DNA from: an uncultured Candidatus Saccharibacteria bacterium
Lineage (GTDB): Bacteria; Patescibacteriota; Saccharimonadia; Saccharimonadales; Saccharimonadaceae
Assembly (NCBI GenBank): GCA_964625885.1
Contig: CAZVBM010000002.1
Coordinates: 7,537-71,536, forward strand
Direction of reading: 5' to 3'
Length of the DNA: 64,000 nt
A program made the translations under genes and the position numbers. The first letter of the stretch is position 1; the number at the start of each line of letters is the position of its first letter. This document shows, piece after piece, positions 11,082 through 21,715 of the stretch. Under the pieces are notes generated by a model. The model did no database searches. It was given only the letters and a program-made list of their open reading frames with translations, and was not told where the DNA came from.

Positions 11082-12349
11082 CAGATTCTCAATATTTTAT
11101 TTAGTTTCTCTTTAAAGTTTAAATCATCCGAATCATCGACCTGCGTAGTGTCCTGTCCAACTCGTAAGAGCCCCATGGCAGTAATGAAAGTGTGGTCGCT
11201 AATTGTATCAGTGGCATCCTTGATGTCAATTACATCACTCGGCAAGATTCGCTTCACTACCGGCCGCTTGCTAAACGGAATATCCTCTGGCCAGTCGTGC
11301 TCAGCTAGCGCATTCACTAGCATTTCTAAGCTAGCGCCGCCGCCGCACAGCCAAATCTGATTGGGCATCTGATCAACATCAACAAACTCACTTAGCGCTA
11401 ACTCAACCCCGGCTAGCCAAACATTAAGCGTCTTATTAAGTGCCGTCATGGCATCTTTGCGAATATCAGCATTTAGTTTTGGATTATCAATAATCAGTTT
11501 AATATTCTCTGCTTCTTCTAGCGAAACATTAGCCTCTTGCGAAATCGTTCGGGTGAAGCTGCGACCACCAATACTAAACATCTTGGTACCCTCAACGCCA
11601 CCGTCATTAACCACAGCCACGTCAGTCGTACCACCACCGATATCAGCCAAGATTGCCGTAAAGCTACTACTGGCATCGGTGCCGATCACTGCTCGCGACA
11701 CCGCAAACGGCTCGGCCGCTACGGCAATCAGCTCTAGCGCTAACTCGTCAGAGACACGCTCCAGGGCGCCAATATGCACCATAGGGGCAAAAGCTGTATA
11801 AATCTGCACCGCCACGTCGCGCCCTTGAAAGCCAATCGGATTTGAAACCTTGTAACCATCAATATGGAGTGAGACTAGGGCCGAATTGACTAATTTGACT
11901 TCAACATTTTCGTTGCCAGTTTCTAAACCGATTTGCCGCTGCGCCTTAACCAGAGCGTGATCCTGAACCTTGTTAATAATATAGTTCATCTCGTCTTCGT
12001 CTAGCTCTTTGTCGGGCTGAGGTCGACGATAACGAATGGTGTGAGTCACACCCTTGACTAATTCACCAGAAATGCCAATCACCACCCGCTTAGCTTGAAA
12101 GCCGGCCTGCTCTTCGGCTTGGTGTAGGGCCTGCTCACAGTTTTGCACCACACCAGAAATATCAGCAATCGCCCCAGCATGCATATCGCTTTGTTTCTGT
12201 CTGGCTCGGCCGACACCAACAATTTTTAAGTTATCACCATCAACTAGGGCTATTAGAGCCTTGATATATTCGGTACCAATATCCAAACCGACAATAGCGT
12301 TATCGGCGTCTTTATTCTCTTTGCGTTTGGCGCGCAATTTATCAAACAT
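11081..12349 (-). CDS. ftsA: Actin-like cell division protein FtsA
   Basis: ASKHA motifs (VGLDIGTEYIK; DIGGGTTDVAVV; LCGGGASL) and a C-terminal amphipathic tail (FKEKLNKILRI). A PilM-type alternative is not excluded. Confidence 0.7.
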   Translation of the reverse strand: MFDKLRAKRKENKDADNAIVGLDIGTEYIKALIALVDGDNLKIVGVGRARQKQSDMHAGAIADISGVVQNCEQALHQAEEQAGFQAKRVVIGISGELVKGVTHTIRYRRPQPDKELDEDEMNYIINKVQDHALVKAQRQIGLETGNENVEVKLVNSALVSLHIDGYKVSNPIGFQGRDVAVQIYTAFAPMVHIGALERVSDELALELIAVAAEPFAVSRAVIGTDASSSFTAILADIGGGTTDVAVVNDGGVEGTKMFSIGGRSFTRTISQEANVSLEEAENIKLIIDNPKLNADIRKDAMTALNKTLNVWLAGVELALSEFVDVDQMPNQIWLCGGGASLEMLVNALAEHDWPEDIPFSKRPVVKRILPSDVIDIKDATDTISDHTFITAMGLLRVGQDTTQVDDSDDLNFKEKLNKILRI

Positions 12350-12395
12350 ATATGTTCTATTATACCACTACGTAAGCGGTTTAGAAAGAATGTAG

Positions 12396-14273
12396 CTACT
12401 GCAAAACTGCTTTGACGCGGCGGACACCCGCTGAAGATGACTCTTCTTTGGTAATCTTAAATCTTTCGCCATTTGGCGCAATGTCGCCAGTGTTGGTAAC
12501 ATGTGGACCACCACAAATTTCATAGCTAAAACGTTTATCGCTTTCGCCAACCGCATAAACCTTCACCTTGTCGCCGTAGCGATCCATAAAATCGCCATGG
12601 GCGCCGCGCTTTTTGGCCTCGCTGAGCAGCATTTCTTCAAAACTAACTGGTAATTTATCGGCAATCGCTTGATTGACTAGTTTTTCAATTTCGTCTAGCT
12701 TATCGCGACTGACTTTTTCTGGGTAGTTAAAATCAAACCTAAGTCGCTCGTCAGTGATGTTTGAACCTTTTTGATTAACATCCTCGCCTAAAACTCGTTT
12801 CATCGCTGCTAGCATCAAATGAGCTGCGGTGTGTAGGCGAACTTGCTTGTCAGTCTGTCCTTCTAGGCCGCCCTTAAACATACCCTTAGAAGCTGTCTGA
12901 CTGCGCTCGCGTTGCTCTTGTAAAGCCCCGTCGTAATCAGCCTGCCAATCGCCCACTAATTTAATTTGTTGGCGCTTGGCCTCCTCTAGCGACAATTCGA
13001 GCGGAAAGCCATAGGTGTCGTAAAGCTTAAACAGCTCCACGCCAGTTAGTCCTGATGCTTTTAGGCGATCAAGCTGGCGCAAGCCATTGCGCAAGGTGCG
13101 GCGAAAAGTCGCTTCTTCGTTAACTAAAATCTGCAGAACCTCAGCTTTTTTGGCAGCAAATTCTGGATAGCCATTCTCGTAAGCCTCAATAATAACTGGC
13201 ACAACCTGCTCGAAGAAGCTACTCTCAATACCGAGTGCAAAGGATTTTACCATGGCGCGACGAACAAAACGACGCATTACATAGCCATGCTCTTTGTTGC
13301 TCGGCACACAGCCATCAACCGCTAACCAAACCGCGCTACGCAAATGGTCAGTTATGATTCGCATCGCTTGGGTGTTGTCAGTATAAGTTTGACCACTAAC
13401 TTCTTCTAATTTTTTAATAATCGGCTGGAACAGACTACCCTGGAAAACATCTGGCGTATCGAGCTTAGCCGCTACAATACGCTCGAGCCCAGCACCAAAA
13501 TCGATATTCTTCTGCTTTAATGGCTCAAAACTACCATCTTCTAGTCGCCGATACTCCATAAAGACTTGATTGCCAATTTCCATAAACCTGCCGCCGTCGC
13601 TAGCTGGATGCGATTTACCAAAACTTGGATCCTGGTTCTCCTCACCAAAATCATAAAAGACTTCGCTGTCTGGCCCACACGGATCGCTAATCGGCGTCTT
13701 TTCAATGCCGCCACCACGACTCCACCAGTTTTCTTTATCGTCATAGAGGAAGATCCGGCCGCCTTGCAAACCGAGCTCATCACCAATCTTAGCGTCGCCA
13801 ACCTCAACCACCTTGGCGTCAATGCCGACCTCTTTAAACAACTCCTGCCAAATCTCTACCGCCTCGGTATCAGCCGGAATACCATATTTTTTATTACCAA
13901 TGAAACAGGTGGCGTAGATCTTGTTTGGATCAAGGCCGACGACCTGCGTCAAGAACTCGAAAAACCATCTGATTTGCTCTTTTTTACCATAATCACCCAA
14001 GCTCCAGTTGCCGAGCATCTCAAACACTGTTGTGTGGCGGTTATCACCAACGTCGTCGATGTCCTGAGAACGCAAAGATGGCTGACTGTCGGTTAAGCGT
14101 CGGCCCTGCGGGTGGTCCTTGCCCAATAAATAAGGCATCAGTGGCTGCATACCCGAGCCAGTAAACAAGGTCGTCGGATCGTCTTTCAAAACCAGCGGCG
14201 CCCGTGCGATTAACTTGTGCCCATGTTTAATAAAAAAATCTAAATAAGCTTGGCGAATTTCATTTGTTGTCAT
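12396..14273 (-). CDS. alaS: Alanine-tRNA ligase, short form (about 625 aa)
   Basis: N-terminus IRQAYLDFFIKHGH, class II core, editing-domain HTAAHLM and CGGPHV motifs. The start is probably the second Met (MTTNEIR); the track ORF extends to 14285. It ends soon after the editing domain. Confidence 0.92.
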   Translation of the reverse strand: MTTNEIRQAYLDFFIKHGHKLIARAPLVLKDDPTTLFTGSGMQPLMPYLLGKDHPQGRRLTDSQPSLRSQDIDDVGDNRHTTVFEMLGNWSLGDYGKKEQIRWFFEFLTQVVGLDPNKIYATCFIGNKKYGIPADTEAVEIWQELFKEVGIDAKVVEVGDAKIGDELGLQGGRIFLYDDKENWWSRGGGIEKTPISDPCGPDSEVFYDFGEENQDPSFGKSHPASDGGRFMEIGNQVFMEYRRLEDGSFEPLKQKNIDFGAGLERIVAAKLDTPDVFQGSLFQPIIKKLEEVSGQTYTDNTQAMRIITDHLRSAVWLAVDGCVPSNKEHGYVMRRFVRRAMVKSFALGIESSFFEQVVPVIIEAYENGYPEFAAKKAEVLQILVNEEATFRRTLRNGLRQLDRLKASGLTGVELFKLYDTYGFPLELSLEEAKRQQIKLVGDWQADYDGALQEQRERSQTASKGMFKGGLEGQTDKQVRLHTAAHLMLAAMKRVLGEDVNQKGSNITDERLRFDFNYPEKVSRDKLDEIEKLVNQAIADKLPVSFEEMLLSEAKKRGAHGDFMDRYGDKVKVYAVGESDKRFSYEICGGPHVTNTGDIAPNGERFKITKEESSSAGVRRVKAVLQ

Positions 14274-14327
14274 AATTAAACACATTCTAGCACATCAGAG
14301 ATAGGCCAACAAACTAGACTGATTAGT

Positions 14328-16088
14328 TTATTTAAGTTTTTGAGTAGTTAGGCCACCCCACTCCACTACTGTAAAACCACGACGTGGCGTACTAACGAGT
14401 TCTTGTGACTGAATTGAGATTGGTCGTTCTAAGCCGGACATATCCAGAAAAACTCGGATTAACGTGTCGGGCTTTGGCGTAATCTTTAGTGGCGCTAAAC
14501 GATTAAGCTCATCAGTATTAAACCAAGTTAATCTAATATAAGGCGAGTCTGGTATTTTATCACCCCAGAAATCCATAAAATCACTAATTTCTTTAGTGTT
14601 TAGACCAAGCTTAACCAATTGATTTTGTATAGTAGCTAACGCATCGGATTGTTTGACTACTGTTCCTGACGTAATTGCAGGATAGCGACCATGCCCATTA
14701 CCCTCCCAAAACAATGAATCATATTTTGCGCCCTGGTAAACCAAGCTGCCGTTTGGATACGCTAACACATCACGCCAACCGTTAACTGGATAGAGCGGGT
14801 CAGAAATGGTCACATCAGCTCCAACTACTACGCTAACCTTTGTTTTAACCTCAGGATATAGATAAATGACTGGCTTAGCACAACCGTATGTTGGAGCGTA
14901 GCTACCTCTAACATAAACTAGTTTTTCACCTTGCTTATTCTTTATAATCATTAAACCGTGATTATTGATGTATTCATCAAATGCTATAACAGCGCTACTA
15001 TCGTATGAATCCTTGTATTCTTTATAAGCTTTTTGGTACAAATCAGCTTGTCGATTAATTAATTCATAAACAGCATTACCCTGGCCGGTTTGACCGATTT
15101 GTCGCAATTGATCATCGGATAAATTATCAACTCTGGTAGCAGAGGCTATTACCGTGCCACAACCCTGCGCAACAGGCAAAAGAGAATCGTAGCCACCCAC
15201 GCCAGAGCCATTATTACTTTTCATGGAAACATTGTCGTTAAATGAGTAGCCGTCCAATGACAACTCATTCGGTTCGTATCGCATCGTAATTCGAGTTTTA
15301 ATTGGTGTTTCTAAAAAATAAGCTATATTAGTTAATCCGGTATCTGCATATGTCGTCTCTGATTTAATAAGTGAACTCTGGCCAAACTTATCTACCACCG
15401 TCTCTTTAACTCCATTGACAGAATCTTTTGAATCAAATTTCTCTCCCAGGTAGAAGATTGGCGGTCGATAAACCGACTCGCCCGACTCAGAAAAAACTAA
15501 ATTTGGTGGCACACTAAGAGAATCAAAACGAGTTTCAGTATCAAAAACTGTCACCTTGTCTGTAGCCAGACCTTTTATAATGTCAATTACATTAACGCCA
15601 CCATCTTGAGGTTGACCAATAGCCACAACCTTATCATCACGCTTTTCAAATAAGAATAGGTTGGAAGCGCCTTGGCCAACACCAGGATCAAAGACCAACA
15701 CGATAGTGTTGCCATTACGCTTGCCAACCTCTTTGTAGGTCGGCATATTATCCTTTAATTGTTGCGCAACACTATAGTATTCATCATCATTATAATAAGA
15801 CCCAAACTCAGTTTTTAGCCAACCAGCTGGCACTATAGTCTTTGGGCTACTAAACCAAACCTCACCAGTAGTAGAATTAAAAATCTTAGATACTTCTGGA
15901 TTATCTGAAGACTGTAGGGAATTATTTGACGACTTGGATTTAATTATAATTATTATTAATAAGACAATAATCACCAAGACCGCTACAACTATCGAAACAA
16001 TCCGAATTCGCCGCTTTTTATCAACACTACCACTATTAACCGGAACATCCGAGATATTTGTTCCCCCACCAAGCTCGTCGTTATTCAT
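14328..16088 (-). CDS. Hypothetical membrane-anchored extracytoplasmic protein (586 aa)
   Basis: Long ORF with an N-terminal TM helix (IVSIVVAVLVIIVLLIIIII). No recognisable catalytic motif. Confidence 0.7.
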   Translation of the reverse strand: MNNDELGGGTNISDVPVNSGSVDKKRRIRIVSIVVAVLVIIVLLIIIIIKSKSSNNSLQSSDNPEVSKIFNSTTGEVWFSSPKTIVPAGWLKTEFGSYYNDDEYYSVAQQLKDNMPTYKEVGKRNGNTIVLVFDPGVGQGASNLFLFEKRDDKVVAIGQPQDGGVNVIDIIKGLATDKVTVFDTETRFDSLSVPPNLVFSESGESVYRPPIFYLGEKFDSKDSVNGVKETVVDKFGQSSLIKSETTYADTGLTNIAYFLETPIKTRITMRYEPNELSLDGYSFNDNVSMKSNNGSGVGGYDSLLPVAQGCGTVIASATRVDNLSDDQLRQIGQTGQGNAVYELINRQADLYQKAYKEYKDSYDSSAVIAFDEYINNHGLMIIKNKQGEKLVYVRGSYAPTYGCAKPVIYLYPEVKTKVSVVVGADVTISDPLYPVNGWRDVLAYPNGSLVYQGAKYDSLFWEGNGHGRYPAITSGTVVKQSDALATIQNQLVKLGLNTKEISDFMDFWGDKIPDSPYIRLTWFNTDELNRLAPLKITPKPDTLIRVFLDMSGLERPISIQSQELVSTPRRGFTVVEWGGLTTQKLK

Positions 16089-16143
16089 ACCACTTCCTTA
16101 TTAACTACTTAAAAGTATAAGCTTTTTGTGATTAAAAGCCAAG

Positions 16144-17175
16144 TTAGCCAGCCACAACACCGCCACCAAGGCAGACTTCATCATCGTAAACCACGACGGA
16201 CTGGCCACTCGTAATCGCCCGCTGGGGCGATTTTAATTGCACAACCGAGTCGTTAATCTGAGCTTCAACCAGTGGCGCTTGGTGGCGTGTCCGAACTTGA
16301 CAGATCTTGTTGGACACTGGCGCATCGTTAATCCAGTGAAGATCTTTTAACTTAATCTGCTCAACCCACAAATCTAACTGATTTAGGTCGCGCGATACGT
16401 AGACTTCATTTTTCTCGATATCTTTACCAACCACGTAATACGGTAAACCACCGCCCAAATCCAAGCCATGACGCTGACCGGTGGTGTAAAAAATCGCACC
16501 CTTGTGCCAGCCCAAGTCTTTTGTCGTTTCCTTTTCGATAATTTTTCCGGGCTTAACGTCAACATACTGGCTCAAAAATTCTTCAATTCCAACCTGACCG
16601 ACAAAACAAATTCCAACCGAATCTTTTTTGTTAGCCGTCACCAAGCCGCGCTCACGCGCCAACTCACGCACTTCACTTTTTAGCAGCCCACCAATAGGGA
16701 AAAGCGTCTTTTCAAGTGCTTCTTTGGTAACTCGATAAAGAAAATAGGTCTGATCTTTTTTAGCATCTTTAGCTCGAAGAAGTTGACCGCTATCAACTCG
16801 CGCATAATGCCCAGTGGCAATCATATCCGCCCCGTCCTCTAGCGCCGTCTCGAGAAATAATTTAAATTTAACCTCTTGATTACACATAATATCAGGGTTG
16901 GGCGTACGGCCCGCTTGATATTCGGCTAGCATATAGTCGACAACTTTTTGCTTATACTCGGTCTCAAAATCATAAACTTTTAAATCAATCCCTAACTTAA
17001 CCGCCACTCGCTTGGCGTCAGCCAAGTCTTCCGCCCACGGACAGCGCGCTCCGGGCAAATCGCGCGACCAATTCTTCATATAAACTCCGGTCACGTCATA
17101 ACCGGCCTCAATCAAAAGCGCCGCGGTGACGCTACTATCAACCCCACCGCTCATGCCAACATAGACTTTAGTCAT
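16144..17175 (-). CDS. mnmA: tRNA-specific 2-thiouridylase MnmA
   Basis: PP-loop VGMSGGVDSSV, conserved Cys residues, 343 aa. Confidence 0.95.
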   Translation of the reverse strand: MTKVYVGMSGGVDSSVTAALLIEAGYDVTGVYMKNWSRDLPGARCPWAEDLADAKRVAVKLGIDLKVYDFETEYKQKVVDYMLAEYQAGRTPNPDIMCNQEVKFKLFLETALEDGADMIATGHYARVDSGQLLRAKDAKKDQTYFLYRVTKEALEKTLFPIGGLLKSEVRELARERGLVTANKKDSVGICFVGQVGIEEFLSQYVDVKPGKIIEKETTKDLGWHKGAIFYTTGQRHGLDLGGGLPYYVVGKDIEKNEVYVSRDLNQLDLWVEQIKLKDLHWINDAPVSNKICQVRTRHQAPLVEAQINDSVVQLKSPQRAITSGQSVVVYDDEVCLGGGVVAG

Positions 17176-17181
17176 GAGAAA

Positions 17182-17820
17182 TTAACAATCCCAGCCAGAC
17201 AATTGACGCAAAAAGCCAAAGAATTCTTTTGAGGCTAGCACCCAGCTATTAGGGTTTGTGTACCAAGCCGATGGCCAGTCTTTATCCTGCGCGAGTGGCG
17301 CGTTAAATATCTCGTATTCGTGATCAAAGCTCTTCTTGAATTCAGCCAGGGCACGACGCTGATGGTAAGCCGAAGTTACTAGTGTGATTCTTCGCAGCTT
17401 ATTTTGTTCAATGATGCTTTTAGCTTTTTTAGCATTTTCACAAGTGTTGCGCGAAGCCTCTTCAACCAAGACCGCCTCCATCGGTACGCCAGAAGTGTAT
17501 GCCAAGTCGGCCATCACCGAAGCATTGCTTGGCGAGCCGTCTTCGGCTGCTGCCCCAACAAATAGAATCTTATTGGCAATACCAAATCGGTACAGCGTTA
17601 TGCCATATTCAGCCCGCGCCTTCGTGTCACCACCAGACAGCACCACAATCACGTCAGTTTTCTGACAACCGACATTTTTACCCTCACACTCCACTGTTGG
17701 CTGCAGGCACTCCAGTGTGCAACCACGATAATCATTTGGTATAAAGGCTGTGTTTAAAACGACTACTAAAATTACATAAACTACCAACAAAGAAATTAAT
17801 GTTTTAATCAACTTAATCAT
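17182..17820 (-). CDS. DUF218/YdcF (ElyC/SanA-like) family protein
   Basis: N-terminal TM segment, then VVLSGGDT...RAEYGITLYR...ILFVG and TSAYHQRRA motifs characteristic of DUF218. Confidence 0.7.
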   Translation of the reverse strand: MIKLIKTLISLLVVYVILVVVLNTAFIPNDYRGCTLECLQPTVECEGKNVGCQKTDVIVVLSGGDTKARAEYGITLYRFGIANKILFVGAAAEDGSPSNASVMADLAYTSGVPMEAVLVEEASRNTCENAKKAKSIIEQNKLRRITLVTSAYHQRRALAEFKKSFDHEYEIFNAPLAQDKDWPSAWYTNPNSWVLASKEFFGFLRQLSGWDC

Positions 17821-18950
17821 AATCTCACCCTTTCTTGCTCTAATTTTACCTCATCAACGATAATTTGTCCCGCATATTCAACATCACCCATTGACGTCCC
17901 GACGCCAATCGTCAAACGCAGGCTGCCAAGCTGCTCCGACTCACTTAGATTGATTGATCTTAAAGCGAGAGAACCGACACCACGATTGGCTGAGCAGGCA
18001 GCACCAGTTGAAACGTAGATTCCGCGCGCCTCTAATCGATAAATTAAACGTTCGGCCTCAAGGCCGGGAAAGCTTATCACACAATAATTTGGCAAGCGTT
18101 TCTTAGTGTGGTTGAGCAATTTTGCACCAGGAATTGCCAACAGAATACCCCCTAGCCGATCACGCACTTTTGCAACCTCATAGTAACCACCGTGAGTCAA
18201 TTGTTTGACCGCGGCCGCAAAACCAACTACGCCAGCCACATTCTCAGTACCGCTTCTGATACCCATCTCTTGACCGCCACCTCTTATTAGCGGTTTCAAC
18301 TTCACACCCGACCGCACCCACAAGGCGCCAACTTGCTTAGGGCCACCAATCTTGGCAGCGCTAATTGTCAATAAATCCACCCCCAGTCGCGATGGATTGA
18401 CTTCCAGATAACCCAAGGCCTGGGAGGCGTCGCAATGAAATAAAATCGGCTCTCGACCTGCTAGTTTTCTCTGTAGGTTAGCCTCAGCAAGCTGTCGACT
18501 AACTTCCGCAATTGGTTGAATTGTGCCCAAGTCACTACTAGCCAAGCTGACACTTACGAAATCGATCTGGTCGGTGATTAAATCACTAAGTTTGTCAACA
18601 TCAAGAACACCTACGGAACTGACTGGAATAACACGGTGACTAGTCCGCGCCAAGGCCGCTTGATACACTGCTGGATGCTCTACACCAGAAATCAAAACAT
18701 GATTTGCCAAGCTAAAAGCTAGGTTTATCGACTCGGTAGCTCCGGCTGTCATTATTAACTGACTAGCTTTAGCGCCAAGCGCCTCAGCAATTACACTTTT
18801 GGCTTGTTCATAATCATGACGCACCTCAACCGCCGGCAGGTATGGTGCCGAAGGATTGTAAAATAAGTCCGTCAAATACGGCATCATCGCCGTCAATACC
18901 TTATGGTTAAGTGGAGTGGCGGCGGCGTGATCAAGATAGACTGTACGCAT
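17817..18950 (-). CDS. Cysteine desulfurase (class V aminotransferase, NifS/IscS-like)
   Basis: VYLDHAATTP-like N-terminus (VYLDHAAATPL), a PLP-lysine region (SAAKIGGPKQVGAL) and a catalytic Cys loop (GAACSAN). Confidence 0.88.
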   Translation of the reverse strand: MRTVYLDHAAATPLNHKVLTAMMPYLTDLFYNPSAPYLPAVEVRHDYEQAKSVIAEALGAKASQLIMTAGATESINLAFSLANHVLISGVEHPAVYQAALARTSHRVIPVSSVGVLDVDKLSDLITDQIDFVSVSLASSDLGTIQPIAEVSRQLAEANLQRKLAGREPILFHCDASQALGYLEVNPSRLGVDLLTISAAKIGGPKQVGALWVRSGVKLKPLIRGGGQEMGIRSGTENVAGVVGFAAAVKQLTHGGYYEVAKVRDRLGGILLAIPGAKLLNHTKKRLPNYCVISFPGLEAERLIYRLEARGIYVSTGAACSANRGVGSLALRSINLSESEQLGSLRLTIGVGTSMGDVEYAGQIIVDEVKLEQERVRL

Positions 18951-18952
18951 AG

Positions 18953-19444
18953 CTACTGATATAACTGCTGTTCAACCAAGATGCTGTACACCTTTACAGC
19001 ATTATAAAAATTCTCCAGTTCTTGCCCCTCTAGCATCTGATAGCGCACCACTTGGCTAGATTTAGCGACGCCACCTTCAGAGACTTCATAGCGCATCGTC
19101 TGAGAAACCGGCTGATGCGTATTAGGGTCGGCCCAAGTCTCATACCACATCCAGGTGTGGCGATCGAAACAAAAGAAACTACGCTGTTCATCAGGCTTAA
19201 CCAGACCAAAGACCCGAGCTCCAATCTCGCTCTCTTTTTGTAGCAACATTCGCTGCGTGTCGGTCGCCTTTTCTGGGCCGCCTATAGTTAAGGCGCGTGA
19301 TTCACGCCACTGCATAATTCGATCTGACATTGCCATAATATCTTGAAGAACCGCACCACGTCCCGTCACATCAATTGGTGCATGCACCTGATCTTTAAAA
19401 AGATTGGCATATTTATCTTGTATATCTTGAATTGGCTCGTCCAT
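18953..19444 (-). CDS. Hypothetical protein (163 aa)
   Basis: ORF tightly packed in an operon between tatD and the desulfurase gene. No recognised motif. Confidence 0.6.
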   Translation of the reverse strand: MDEPIQDIQDKYANLFKDQVHAPIDVTGRGAVLQDIMAMSDRIMQWRESRALTIGGPEKATDTQRMLLQKESEIGARVFGLVKPDEQRSFFCFDRHTWMWYETWADPNTHQPVSQTMRYEVSEGGVAKSSQVVRYQMLEGQELENFYNAVKVYSILVEQQLYQ

Positions 19445-19463
19445 TTAATATTATTTTAACAGA

Positions 19464-20216
19464 TTAGATAGAAAATAACAGCTCGGCGTTACGACTAGTT
19501 TGTTCAGCCAGTTCGGTAACTGGTAAACCACGCTGTGCAGCCAAAAATTCCACTACGCGCTTAACATAAGCCGGTTGATTAACTTGGCCACGTAACGGCG
19601 ACGGTGCTAAGAATGGAGCGTCTGTTTCTAGGACAATACTATTTAGTGGCATGTTCCTGTAAATCGCTAATTGCTTATGGTCTTTGGTGAAGGTGACGAT
19701 ACCATTTAACCCCACCATCCACTCCTTAGCTAAAATTCGTTCCAGATTAGCCTGGTTATCTGAAAAACAGTGCACGACTGCTCGCCTAATATCATAACCA
19801 TCAACAACCTGCCAAAAATCATCATAAGCCTCGCGCACATGAAAAATAATTGGTAAGTCGTGCGCCAAAGCTAGCTCAATCTGCTGACGCAGCACCTTGA
19901 CCTGAACATCGCGCGGCGAGAAGTCATAATGATAATCGAGTCCTGTTTCGCCAACTGCCACCAGTTTAGAATGTGAGAAATCAATCTGATGCATGAAATT
20001 CATACCATCTTTGGCATGATGTGGGTGGACACCAACGCTAGCCCAAACATTGACATGGTTCTCAGCGAACGCCAAGGCGCGTCGCGATTCATCTTCATCA
20101 GCACTGGCTAAAATAATCTTTTCAACACCAGCCAGTCTGGCCTCAGCTAGACAATCAATTGGATCGAGCGGAAATTCGGCGTCCGCCAAATGACAGTGAG
20201 TGTCAATTAGTCGCAT
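19464..20216 (-). CDS. tatD: TatD-family metal-dependent hydrolase/DNase
   Basis: IDTHCHL N-terminal motif and conserved His/Asp/Glu pattern. 250 aa. Overlaps the metG stop. Confidence 0.9.
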   Translation of the reverse strand: MRLIDTHCHLADAEFPLDPIDCLAEARLAGVEKIILASADEDESRRALAFAENHVNVWASVGVHPHHAKDGMNFMHQIDFSHSKLVAVGETGLDYHYDFSPRDVQVKVLRQQIELALAHDLPIIFHVREAYDDFWQVVDGYDIRRAVVHCFSDNQANLERILAKEWMVGLNGIVTFTKDHKQLAIYRNMPLNSIVLETDAPFLAPSPLRGQVNQPAYVKRVVEFLAAQRGLPVTELAEQTSRNAELLFSI

Positions 20217-21705
20217 TAACTGTACCAGCTGGTTGACGAGGATCGGCTGTGTGAATATAAATCTTCGGGAAAAGTGGTAAGTGAGAAGCGTCGATCACGC
20301 CATTGCCAAATATTTGGCGAATCTTTTGGGCGGTTTCTGGCATAAACGGCTCTAGAAGTGACGACATTTGTAGCAGACCACTAGCAGCATAGTTCAGGAC
20401 ATCCTCGAGATGATGTTTGGATTCCGGATCGGTCTCAGCTTTCTTGGCAATCTCCCACGGCTTAACTGAATCAATATATTTATTCAGACTATGTACAAAA
20501 GACCAGGTTTCATCCATAGCGCGATCAAAACGCAAATCGCGTATCGCCTCAAAGTAGGAGTTCTCGTCATGATTAGTGGTATCCACTCCCGCCACCACAC
20601 CAGCTTGATATTTCTCAATCATTTTAGCGACGCGCTGCACCAAGTTGCCTAAATCATTACCCATCTCTGAGTTATAAGCCGTTTCAAATTTCTGCCAAGT
20701 AAAATCGCCATCATCTTGAGTTGGTATATGTCGCGAAAAATAATACCGAAAAGCATCGCGGCCATAGTTATCAATAAGCTCAACTGGGTCAACCACGTTA
20801 CCAACCGATTTGCTCATCTTGGCACCATCAACATTAATATGACCATGCACTAATAGGATTTTTGGTAAAGGCAGCTCCAATGCTAGTAAGATGGCTGGCC
20901 ACAAACCGGCATGAAAACGCAAGATATCTTTACCAATCACTTGCACATCAGCTGGCCAAACCTCATCCCAACCCAACTGATCTGGATAGCCAATACCCGT
21001 TATGTAGCTCGACAGAGCATCAAACCAAACATACATTACCTGATCTGGGTCGTTTGGAACGGAGATACCCCACCCCAAGCTTTTGCGTGGACGCGAGACT
21101 GAGACGTCAGCCAGACCATCTTTAATTAGGTTAAGAAACTCATTGCGACGCATCTCTGGCACAATCTGCATCTGGCCAGATTCAATAGCTGAACGAATTT
21201 GGTCACCGAAGGCACCAGCCTTGAAATAATAATTTTCTTCCTCAATATGCTCGAGAGCTTTTTGATGATCAGGACAGATACCCTCGCAAGCCGCCGCCTC
21301 AGCATCTGTAAAAAAGCGCTCACAACCGGTGCAGTACCAGCCATTGTAGCCAGATTTGTAGATATAGGGCTGGAGCTTTGTCCAGATATACTGCACGGCG
21401 CCAACATGATGGCCGTCTGTTGTCCGCACCGCATCGGTGTAACTAGCGCCGACTTTTTCAACCAAATTACGAAAGTTAAGATGATTTTCATCGACATAAG
21501 CTTGCGGTTCAAGGCCCAATTCTTGAGCTTTTTGGGCGATTTTGTTGCCATGCTCATCTGTACCGATCATAAAACGCACATCTTTGCCATGCCTCTTGTG
21601 ATGTCGTGCCCAAATATCAGCGTAAAGATAATCTAGCGCATTGCCAATGTGCGGCTTAGCGTTAACATACGGAATTGCCGTCGTGATATACAGAGAGTTC
21701 TTCAT
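20203..21705 (-). CDS. metG: Methionine-tRNA ligase
   Basis: HIGH-type motif (PHIGN), KMSKS motif and a CxxC zinc knuckle (CTGCERF...CPDH). Confidence 0.95.
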   Translation of the reverse strand: MKNSLYITTAIPYVNAKPHIGNALDYLYADIWARHHKRHGKDVRFMIGTDEHGNKIAQKAQELGLEPQAYVDENHLNFRNLVEKVGASYTDAVRTTDGHHVGAVQYIWTKLQPYIYKSGYNGWYCTGCERFFTDAEAAACEGICPDHQKALEHIEEENYYFKAGAFGDQIRSAIESGQMQIVPEMRRNEFLNLIKDGLADVSVSRPRKSLGWGISVPNDPDQVMYVWFDALSSYITGIGYPDQLGWDEVWPADVQVIGKDILRFHAGLWPAILLALELPLPKILLVHGHINVDGAKMSKSVGNVVDPVELIDNYGRDAFRYYFSRHIPTQDDGDFTWQKFETAYNSEMGNDLGNLVQRVAKMIEKYQAGVVAGVDTTNHDENSYFEAIRDLRFDRAMDETWSFVHSLNKYIDSVKPWEIAKKAETDPESKHHLEDVLNYAASGLLQMSSLLEPFMPETAQKIRQIFGNGVIDASHLPLFPKIYIHTADPRQPAGTVNATN

Positions 21706-21715
21706 ACCTACTATT

